From assembly GCA_973895155.1 (NCBI GenBank), contig OZ316897.1:14321375-14385374 (forward strand): a stretch of DNA of 64,000 nt, given 5' to 3'. The notes beneath the pieces were generated by a model. It made no database searches. It was not told where the DNA came from and saw only the letters and a program-made list of their open reading frames with translations. Below are positions 1-9,489 of this stretch, one piece after another. The stretch is from Marsupella aquatica (taxonomy: Eukaryota; Plantae; Marchantiophyta). How positions within the stretch are numbered: the first letter of the stretch is position 1; each line of letters opens with the position of its first letter. The position numbers and the translations under genes are program-made.

Positions 1-664
1 GATGGTTGTAGCACAAAATTACGGGTGAGTTTCTGCTGTGCTAACCACACCTGCCACTATAAAAGCCCCATTCCATGTCTCACTACTCACCATAAAATGT
101 GGAACACTGGCACCTTTTTGTGAAGCACTTGCCAATAAAACGTTTTGCACTTTACAATGAGAGCTTTGTAGGGACAGGACGTGTATGCTGGCAACTGCTT
201 TAATAGAGACATCTAGTTCACCTATCTCAAGAAGAAAGTTTCCTAGTACTAACTCTAACGAGCTCCAGTACCGTCATGTACGGGACTCCAACTATTCTTG
301 TAAACCAGCAATTAACCACTCGACAATATCTCGTGACATTCAATGTGCTTCGAAACAAATTTCTGCAACTAAAGATGTTTACTGGCGCGTGACATTTCCT
401 CCCGGAAAAAATGTGCAACCACCGTGAGGGACTAGCTGGTTGCGGACTGTTCGAGACTTGAGGTTGAAATGGAAGTACGACACACGGGAGCTCCCGGCAA
501 CGATGACTGTCGAATGTAGGCGACATGGAAATTGCGGGGGAAACTGGCGGGTCGTGCCTCTGCTCTGAGTATACGCGTATCCGCAACTAACACTTTCCCA
601 AAAGTTCTAAAACAAGGTTGACAAGTCCAACAAGATCCAACACCATTAGACCCCAGGAATCCGC

Positions 665-1891
665 TCAAATTTGAAGAAGGGACATTGAACAAAGACTGGG
701 ATCAACATCGGCCCCGTTAAACAGGTCAACTGGCACTTTCTCGAGCTGAAACTCCATTGTGTCACCACTGAAGCCCTTGCTATGAAGAAGAAAGACATAC
801 TCCAATCTGCAAGACCAATGACATAAAACGAAAATCTCGCCTTCCACAGCTTTAACACAAATTGGCATCATGTAGTTGTCATCGATACCATCCTCCGTCA
901 CAAAAGTGGGCCGAGTATTTGCAGCAAACGCAAATGTATGCAGCTGCCTCCATGAATTTCGTTCAATATCGTAGATATAAACGTCATTAGAGCTCATCGT
1001 ATGCAAACTTCCTTGTGCCACAAACGGGCATCCTTCGAGCCGACCATAATGTTTCTGGTCTCCCCACTCATCCGTGACTGGATGATAAACCAAATATTCT
1101 GGGAACTCGTCCAGCACAGTGTTGTTACGCTTGTCCGGGAGAGTGTACCCATAAAGAAAAAGCTCCTGTCCCAACGCTTCGATCGTATCAACTTCATGCT
1201 CGAAGTCTTCGAACATCTTCACCTTGATCGTGGACCAAGTATTTTCCTTGGGATCATACACCTCTCCTCGATGACAATGGTCGCCGTCTTCGGTCCCAAA
1301 TACGAAAATCTTGCCATTAATGACACCACATCTCATGCGAGGTCTTCCTACGCTCATACTCGCACACTCTTTCCACTGCCTCTGCCCCGCGAGGTCCAAC
1401 ACGTATACGGTATGACTGTGAAGATCGTCAATAGGAAGTTCGTGTCCTCCCAGGACATAGACTTTGCCATCCAATGGAACACATTGGCTGAACATTGGGA
1501 TTCCCCGGGAGTATGCAGACGGGATTGTTGGAAGAATATAACAAGACATGTCTCGAATCGAATAGAGAACGATTTCAGCGAAATAACTATAACAGCCATA
1601 CGAAATCAGAACGAGAGGCTCTCTTGTTTCCGAGCGGACTCTCGCATCGTACACCCGACGACTTCTGATTGCGTGACGCCAGCTACGACTAACTGATGGG
1701 AGGACATGAAAATCTTTCAAGGATAATTTTGTAGCAATTTTGTCCAAGGTAATGTCATCATGAATCCCTGGAAGAAGTTCCTCGAGTCGCAGACATCTGT
1801 CGCTATCTTGCAGCACGTCCAGAGGCGAAATTCCGGCTAATGGTCCTGAGCTACATAATGGCCGCCAAAAGTTGCACCGATTATCCTCCAT
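665..1891 (-). CDS. F-box/kelch-repeat protein (cluster copy 1, intronless)
   Basis: First ATG (MEDNR) at 1891 within ORF 665..1912. F-box-like LLPGIHDDITLDKIA...VSRSWRHAI, then kelch motifs (LDGKVYVLGG, GVINGKIFVFG, GEVYDPKENTW). Confidence 0.9.
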   Translation of the reverse strand: MEDNRCNFWRPLCSSGPLAGISPLDVLQDSDRCLRLEELLPGIHDDITLDKIATKLSLKDFHVLPSVSRSWRHAIRSRRVYDARVRSETREPLVLISYGCYSYFAEIVLYSIRDMSCYILPTIPSAYSRGIPMFSQCVPLDGKVYVLGGHELPIDDLHSHTVYVLDLAGQRQWKECASMSVGRPRMRCGVINGKIFVFGTEDGDHCHRGEVYDPKENTWSTIKVKMFEDFEHEVDTIEALGQELFLYGYTLPDKRNNTVLDEFPEYLVYHPVTDEWGDQKHYGRLEGCPFVAQGSLHTMSSNDVYIYDIERNSWRQLHTFAFAANTRPTFVTEDGIDDNYMMPICVKAVEGEIFVLCHWSCRLEYVFLLHSKGFSGDTMEFQLEKVPVDLFNGADVDPSLCSMSLLQI

Positions 1892-3426
1892 TACAACTGA
1901 CTCTCTGTTCACTTCAACAGTTGAAATACAAACCAGTTAACTGCAAATACGCATGTCTCTCAATCATGGAAGATATCAATAAAATAAATCGGGTTGACAA
2001 AATTGATCGAGGTGCACAACACGAATTGAATTCAAACGCATGTACCTCATGGCTGGCATCAACAACGAAATTAGCTGCCGAAATTGAGAGACCGGAACAA
2101 AACGAATTTGAATACAGCAACGCAGAGAATTGTCCGAGCTCACAAAAACAAAATTAACCGGAGAGACCAGGACCAGAATTGCACGCACCAGACAAGAGTA
2201 CCGAGTAATTGAACCCACAAGAAATTAAGTGTCGTCTTAGCAGTGAGTCAAACAGGTCTGCCTACGCGATACAACGGCCTCTCCGTTCAGAGTTCAGGGC
2301 AGCTCTGGGTTGTCCTCTCGTTCCTCCCCGCTCTCGCACCTTCTGCGCTGTCTCTTGATTCGCTCTCTCGGATTCAGAGTCTCTCAGCTACCTTCTCTAG
2401 CACTCTCCTCTGTGAGTTTACTACTTGATGGAAGACAAAATATGATTCTCTGCTGAGCAACAGCTTGTCAGCTTCTGCTTCTGCGAAGTGTTCTCTCATG
2501 CGCTCACCGTGTGAATTCACTTTCTTCTACACAACCAGCTCGGGATTGCTTAGCTACCTGCTCTCGCACTCTCATCTGTGCTCAGTGAGTTCAGCAGTAG
2601 ATGGAAGAAAGCTTCCGGTTCACTGGTGGGTAATATGTCTCGTCAATCAGCGTCTTGTTCTGCTACGCTTGAATACTGTTTCGACCGTTTCCGGAGGAAG
2701 AGGCAGTGTTGCGCTGCTGCGCCATAGACGACCTCAGCAGAAATCGCACATCGGTGCTCTCGCCGTTGTTTTGCCGTTCTCCCTTTTGAAAGAGCAAGTT
2801 TTCTTTCAATCCGATGAGTGAAATGAACCGAAGGAAAATGGCGGTCGCAAATTGCGAGACTAGCGCGACGGCCGTTCAGGCGACGGTTTTGGGAAACTAC
2901 CGGCGGGGAGAGGTGTCATCCAGTGCGTCGATTGCGGTCGCGACGGCCGTTGAGGCTGGCGTATAGTTATGTGTTTACGGTATATGCTTAATTAATCAAC
3001 CCCCATCCATTATTTCTGCCCAATAAATCTCCAAAGTCTTCTTCTTACCCAATTGACCCCCTTATGCACTTTTGTTCAGAAAGTACATGTACTGTCTTCT
3101 TATATTCTCTAGTACTGGACCCTTGAACCTGGTTCATGGCATCACCGTGTACTATGACTACAGTCTACCCAAACTATGAACGCAAGCAACTTGACTGTCA
3201 TTTTCACTGCCGAGACTTTGACGTCCAAGAATTTCAAAAACCTTATTAATGCAAAACTAATAATGTCTTCATATGTTTAGGGCTAGTTAACGCGTCCTCA
3301 TAGAACATGCTCCAAGCTTTCATTATCTCACATTCTGTGAGGACAATTTCTATGGATCACTGTTCTTGGCCATCAGGAAATCCATGGAGCCTGTGCACAT
3401 CACTTGAAACTGTGAACTGGTTGCAG

Positions 3427-3567
3427 AGACTGTCTGCAAAGGGACAATGGAGAGTATCAGAGGATAAATTGCTGAGTAAGCGTGTGAAAAATCAAGGCAC
3501 AAAAAGATGGTCATCAATTGCAGCGTTCAAGGCAAGTGAGTAAACCACATGCCATTTCTCCAATAGC
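3427..3567 (+). pseudogene. Captured fragment of MYB exon 2 (R2 repeat start)
   Basis: KGQWRVSEDKLLSKRVKNQGTKRWSSIAAF plus a gtgagt donor; homologous to 25430-25575. Confidence 0.85.
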
Positions 3568-4089
3568 TTGCACCCAGGACAGCCAAAGATCCTTGATTAG
3601 GAGCGCCTGAAAGACGTTAATCTCTCCTGAAGATAGACAAGTTGAGCCATTTCCAAGCCGGCGCCTTCCTAACTAGCGAGCAGGGATAATAGAAAGATAT
3701 TTAACAGCCCATAAGAAGGCAACAACCGTTGGGTGTGCTAGAAGCTCCTGATGGCATGCAGGCAACAGATTTTATGGCCCTGAGGTTGTCAAATCAAACA
3801 ATTCAATGGTTCCACACCAAAAACACAAGCACATTTCATGTTTACACAATGAAGTTTAATCTAATAAAATCACCCTTCCCTATTTTATGCTAAACAAACT
3901 CAACCAGGGCCAAAACTTCACTGCCACTTTGATAGAACTGTAGCTTCCCTACTCCTCTAGCATATCCCCCCAAACTAGAAAAAATTCTTTGAATTTGTGA
4001 ATATCAAATTAATAGATAGAGTCTTTTGGGAAATGTGGTCCATGACGGTTTCAAAGACACTTTAAACTCTTCTTCTGTAGATAAATACA

Positions 4090-4360
4090 AAAAGCAACCC
4101 TCTAATAATAAACACCCAGATAATCATACTGCAGCCTCAACGGCCGTCGCCACCATTACCGTCGTACTCGATGACACCTGCCAGCGCTGGTAGTTTTCCA
4201 AACGACGCGAAGCCTGAACGGCCGTCGCCTGAACGGCCGTCGCGCTACTCTCTCCTCCCTTCGCAATTCCCGACCGCCATTTTCCTTCCTCACATTTTTC
4301 ACGCACCGGAATGAAACGAGACTTCTCCTTTCTAAAGGCAGAGCGGCAAAACAACGGGGA
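4090..4360 (+). promoter_or_regulatory. Conserved upstream (putative promoter/5'UTR) element of the F-box genes, with repeated AACGGCCGTCGC motif
   Basis: Homologous copies lie upstream of every unit: ~2760-2980 (-), 4090-4360, 8680-8945, 13170-13445, 18460-18725. Each has 2-3 palindromic ACGGCCGT cores. Regulatory function is inferred from position only. Confidence 0.5.
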
Positions 4361-4687
4361 CATCTGGTCGTGCAATCCCTTCGTGCAATTCTGGTCCTGG
4401 TCTCTCCAGTTAATTTTGTTTTTGTGAGCTCGGACAATTCTCTGCATTGCTGTATTCAAATTCGTTTTGTTCCGGTCCCTCAATTTCGGCAGCTAATTTC
4501 GTTGTTGATGCCAGCCATGAGGGACATGCGCGGGGACATGCGTTTGAATTCAATTCGTGTTGTGCACCTCGATCAATTTTGTCAACCCGATTTATTTTAT
4601 TGATATCTTCCATGATTGAGAGACATGCGTATTTGCAGTTAACTGGTTTGTATTTCAACTGCTGAAGTGAACAGAGAGTCAGTTGTA

Positions 4688-5869
4688 ATGGAGGATAATC
4701 GGAGCAACTTTTGGCGGCCATTATTTAGCTCAGGACCAGTAGCCGGAATATCGCGTCTGGACGTGCTGCAAGATAGCGACAGATGTCTGCGACTCGAGGA
4801 ACTTCTTCCAGGGATTCATGATGACATTACCTTGGACAAAATTGCTTCAAAATTGTCCTGGAAAGATTTCCATGTCCTCTCATCAGTTAGTCGTGGTTGG
4901 CGTCACGCAATCAGAAGTCGTCAGGTGTACGATGCGAGAGTCCGCTCGGAAACAAGAGAGACGCTCGCTCTGATTCCTTATTGCTGTATTGGGCGTTTCT
5001 GCAAAATCGTTCTCTATTCGATTCGAGACATGTCTTGTTGTCTTCTTCCTCCAGTCCCGTTTGAACAGTGGGGAGGAATCCGAATTCACAGCCAATGGGT
5101 TTCATTGGACGGGAAAGTCTATGTCCTGGGAGGATACGTAGTTGCTGGTGACGATCTTCAAATGTACGTGTTGGACCTCGCGGGCCAGAGGCAGTGGGAA
5201 CAGTGTGCGAGTATGAGGGTACGAAAATCTCGCATTAGATGTGGTGTCTTTAATGGCAAGATTTTTGTATTTGGGAAAACCTATGACTTCGACCGTTCTT
5301 ATGGAGGAGAGGTGTATGATCCCAAGGAAAATACTTGGTCTACGATCAAGGCGACAATGTTCAAAGGCTTCGATCGTGACTTTTATGCGGTTGGAGCGAT
5401 GGGACAGGACCTTTTGCTTTATGGCAACACTGTGCGGGACAATTTCCCAGAAGTTTTGGTTTATCATCCGATCACAGATGAGTTGGGGGAATTTAAACAT
5501 TTCCGCCGGGACGAAGAATGTCCGTTTGTGGCACAAGGAAGTTTGCATTCGATGAGCCTTGATGGTATTTACATACACGATGTTGACGGAAATTCATGGA
5601 GGCAGCTGCATACATGTTCGTTTGCTGCGAATGGTCAGCCCATTGATTTGACAGAGGTGTTTTTGAAGCCAATTTGTGTTAAAGCTGTGGAAGGCGAGCT
5701 ATTAGTGTTAAGTCATTGCACTCCCAGTGTCAGCAGTGTCGTTCTTTTTCATAGCAAGGGCTTCGGTGGTGACAAAAGGGACATTCAGTTGGAGAAACTG
5801 CCAGTTGATCTATTTGCCGGGGACAAGGTTTTGTCCGACCTTTGTTCATTATGTCTTCTTCAACTTTGA
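4688..5869 (+). CDS. F-box/kelch-repeat protein (cluster copy 2, intronless)
   Basis: First ATG at 4688 within ORF 4667..5869. Same F-box and kelch motifs. Inverted paralog of copy 1. Confidence 0.9.
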   Translation: MEDNRSNFWRPLFSSGPVAGISRLDVLQDSDRCLRLEELLPGIHDDITLDKIASKLSWKDFHVLSSVSRGWRHAIRSRQVYDARVRSETRETLALIPYCCIGRFCKIVLYSIRDMSCCLLPPVPFEQWGGIRIHSQWVSLDGKVYVLGGYVVAGDDLQMYVLDLAGQRQWEQCASMRVRKSRIRCGVFNGKIFVFGKTYDFDRSYGGEVYDPKENTWSTIKATMFKGFDRDFYAVGAMGQDLLLYGNTVRDNFPEVLVYHPITDELGEFKHFRRDEECPFVAQGSLHSMSLDGIYIHDVDGNSWRQLHTCSFAANGQPIDLTEVFLKPICVKAVEGELLVLSHCTPSVSSVVLFHSKGFGGDKRDIQLEKLPVDLFAGDKVLSDLCSLCLLQL

Positions 5870-7592
5870 GCGGACTCCTGGGGTCTAATCGTGTTTGATC
5901 TTGTTGGACTAGTCAACCTTGTTTTAGAACTTTTGGGAAACTGTTGGTAGTGGGTACGATTAAGATTGCGACTACAGGGCAGAGGCATATATGCTGCCAT
6001 TCGCCCCTACCTCCGAAGTATCGTTGCCGGCGGTTCCCATGTAACTCAATCAAGTCTTACACCCGCCCCAGTCTCTTCGTCAAATTTGAGCGGACTCCCG
6101 GGGTCGAATCGTGTTTGAACCGGGCATCTTGTTAGACTTCTCAACCTTGTGTTAGACGAACCGTGTTTGAACCGGGCCTCTTGTTGGACTTGTCAACCTT
6201 GTATGAGACCTTTTGGGAAAATGCTGGTTGCGGATATGTGTCTACTACAGAGCAGAGGCACGCGCCGCCAATTTCCATGTCGCCTACCTCCGACGGTCGT
6301 AATTGCCGGTAGCTCCCGTGTGTCGTACCTCCATTTCGACGTATATGTCTAAAAGTGGCCCCACCAGCCGGCCGCTCACGATGGTTGCAGACATTCTGGG
6401 TCTCTGGGAGGAAGTGTCACGCGCGAGGAAACCTATTTCGTTTGCAAAAATTTATTTCGAAGCAAAAATTGAATGTCACGAGATTAGTCAGGTGGTTAAA
6501 TGCTGGTTTACAGGAATAATTGTAGTCCCGAACATGACGGTACTGGAGCTCTTAGATTAGGAGGTAATTTTCTTCTTGAGATAGGTGAAGTAGATGTCAC
6601 AATTAAATCCGTTGCCAACATTCACGTCCAGATTACGAGCACAGCAGAAACTCGCCTGTAGTTTTGTGCTACAGCCATCTCCCTAACCTTCCGGGGTAGG
6701 AGTTGAAAGGAGCGGTATGGGAACTGTATGCTAGCCAATCTTGAATAATAGATGTGCCCACGTTTGAAAATCGTCATTTTGGCTGCTACCTTGCCTTTGA
6801 TTATAAATTTAGAGCATGAATGGTAACAAGGATTTGGGTAAAGGTTTCGTTTCGTCCAGCTTTCATGCGTTATGGATAACTTTTGACCTCGCTCGCAAAA
6901 TCCAGAACTGCAATTCTTGTCTGTTTTCCAACTGTAAGAAGTGTTTGACCCTCTCGTTACGTGCAATACCGAGTTCTATCACATGTGCTGAGCAAATCCG
7001 AAGCCATCTTGATGTTCCATTGCAAGCTCTTCAACACAATGCAATCCACGGACTTCAGCAATTGTACGTAGGAAGTTGTCCTTCACCAGGCGCAGGACGA
7101 CAACTATCGCCGACGTTTCGGATTAGTTTAGCTCACCAATTTGAACCGCGAGGCTGGATGGAGAGAAACAGGATCGGAAGTCCTTGAAATCAAACTCAAG
7201 GGATGGAAAATAATATACTGCAAAAAGGGTGTTCTCATTCATTCATTTACTTCCAAGAAAAGACCCAACCGTGTCCTGATGGTGTTCTTGTGCGACCAGT
7301 TAAATGAAGGTGCAGAAATAATTCTACCTCCGGTCACCAGTTTAATAACGTGCGGGGACTGGCATCTGTGCTGTATAACAACTGCAAAACCTCTACAAAC
7401 CGCGGTTTCGTAGTCTGTCCCACCCACCATCTCAGCATTTCATCACATCCCTCCGCTCCCGGCCAACTCTTCACTTTGTATCATCAGCTGCAATGCTATT
7501 GCTGTTCTTTATTCCCCTCCTACTCAAGAAGAAAATCTTCACAATGGTCCAATTCATCCGCCCAGACTACCTTGGAAAGCAATTTGAAGAGG

Positions 7593-8012
7593 TTCACGAG
7601 TCTATTCAGTACTAATGCTTTCCCAAATTCCAATCCCTACTTTATCTGGTATGAAGTACCCAGAATGAGAACAGGGACAAGATAGCATGTCTTTATAAAT
7701 ACAGGATGGGCTATGTTAAGTTTGTCTCATGGGACCCATGCTCCCAAGGTCACTTTTAAATATCTCTCTGCATTTACCTTGTTTGAAATTTGGTCCGGTA
7801 ATCAGGAATGTATTTTGAACGACCCGGAGACATTACAAGGATTGCAATCCCAGAATTACCTTCATGTCCAGCAGAGGTATTTGGAAAGGGCCAATGGAGA
7901 ATGTCAGAAAGATACATTGCTGGGTAGGCTTGTTAGTTATGGCACAAGACGGTGATCATTCATTGCAACGTTCATGACAAGTAAGTAGAAGACATGTCAG
8001 TTCTCCAATAGC
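7593..8012 (+). pseudogene. Captured MYB intron 1/exon 2 fragment (frameshifted, internally deleted)
   Basis: Homologous to ~25093-25575 (e.g. tggtatgaagtacccagaatgagaacagggacaaga; ggcacaagacggtgatcattcattgcaacgttcatgacaagt). Confidence 0.85.
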
Positions 8013-9052
8013 TTGCACACAGGAATGCCAAAAATCCTTGATTAGGAGCGCTGTGACGACATTTAAGTTCTCCTGAAGATAGACATGTTGAGCCATTTCC
8101 AAGTCGGCGCCTTAGCCAGCGGGGACTGCTGGGATGCCAGACAAGCAGAGGTAATAAAAACATATGTAATACACATGAGAAGGCAACAATCTTGGGGTGA
8201 GTGGGATTGCTCCTCGCGGCGTGCACGCAAGAGATTTTATGGCCCAGGCCTGAGTTTGGCACATCAAACAATTCAATGGTTTCTATCCCCCGTGTGTCAG
8301 ATTCACACACTCCCACACTACTGGTTGGCTATTGCAGGGTTGATGGGAACTTCTAGCTCAGGAACTTAGTCTGAGTACTGAGACTAATTCTCAGTACTTA
8401 CCCAACCTGTATGCAATTGCTCCTTGCCAGTTTGCAAGTGACAACTAGTATAGATTTCAGTATAGATTTCATATGCATTAAAAGTTTTGAATGAGAAAGC
8501 AATGATAATGCGCACAAAAATTGCATGCACGCACAAGTTTTACAGAAGTGAATTTTACCCTAAACCAAGTTACATGATTCTCTGTCAACATATATATCCA
8601 ATGGCTAAAATAAATCCAACTGTAAAATTGGCATTATAATAATTAATCTAAACAAGGTGGCAACTCTAGATATTTGACAAAAAGCAACCCTTCAATAAAC
8701 ACCCAAACACCCAGACAACCATACCGCAGCGTCAACGGCCGTCGCCACCATTACCGTCGAAATTGATCACCTGCCCCCGCTGATAGTTTTCCAAAACAAG
8801 CGAAGCCTGAACGGCCGTCCCACTACTCTTTACTCCTTTCGCAATTGCCGACCGCGATTTTTCGTCCCTTCATTATTTCACTCACCGGAATGAAACGAGA
8901 CTTCTCTTTCTAAAGGCAGAGCGGAAAAAACGACAGCGAGATCACCGTTTTTAATCGGCACACAATTGCGTCGACAAATTTCGTTTCTGATTCGAGCGAT
9001 GTATGGCATATGTTGCTGCATTTGATTTCGATTTGTCACTTGATTTTTTTCA

Positions 9053-9202
9053 TTGATACCTTGAGTTCCGTTAAAGGCATGAGTTATTGCGTTCAATGTC
9101 GTTTTGTAATGTGCTCTAACAGTCGACATTAAAAATCAGAGCACATTACAAAACGACATTGAACGCAATAACTCATGCCTTTAACGGAACTCAAGGTATC
9201 AA
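9053..9202. repeat. Perfect 65-bp inverted repeat (foldback hairpin, 20-nt loop)
   Basis: Arm 9053-9117 (ttgatacc...gtgctct) is the exact reverse complement of 9138-9202 (agagcac...ggtatcaa). Confidence 0.95.
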
Positions 9203-9204
9203 AT

Positions 9205-9489
9205 ACGCAGCTGCATACAATTTCGTTTGCTGCAAATTCTCGGCCCATTTTTGTGACGGAGGATGGTATCGATGACAACTACATGGTGCCAATTTCTGTT
9301 AAAGCTGTGAAAGGCGAGATTTTCGTTTTAAGTCATTGGTCTCGCACATTGGACGATGTCTTTCTTCTTCATAGCAAGGGCTTCAGTGGTGACATAATGG
9401 AGATTCAGCTGGAGAAAGTTCCAGTTAACCTGTTTGCCGGGGCCGATGTTCATTCCAGTCTCTGTTCAATGTCTCTTCTTCAAATTTGA
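9205..9489 (+). pseudogene. Truncated F-box/kelch copy 3 (only the C-terminal ~95 codons remain)
   Basis: QLHTISFAANSRPIFVTEDGIDDNYMVP...LCSMSLLQI* matches the C-termini of copies 1, 4 and 5. The F-box and most kelch repeats are missing and replaced by an inverted duplication. Confidence 0.9.

Noticed and set aside
1001-1696. 231-aa antisense ORF, recurring at 5102-5578, 13842-14537 and 19271-19969
   Set aside because: Shadow frame of the F-box/kelch CDS; recurrence follows from paralogy and there is no recognisable domain.
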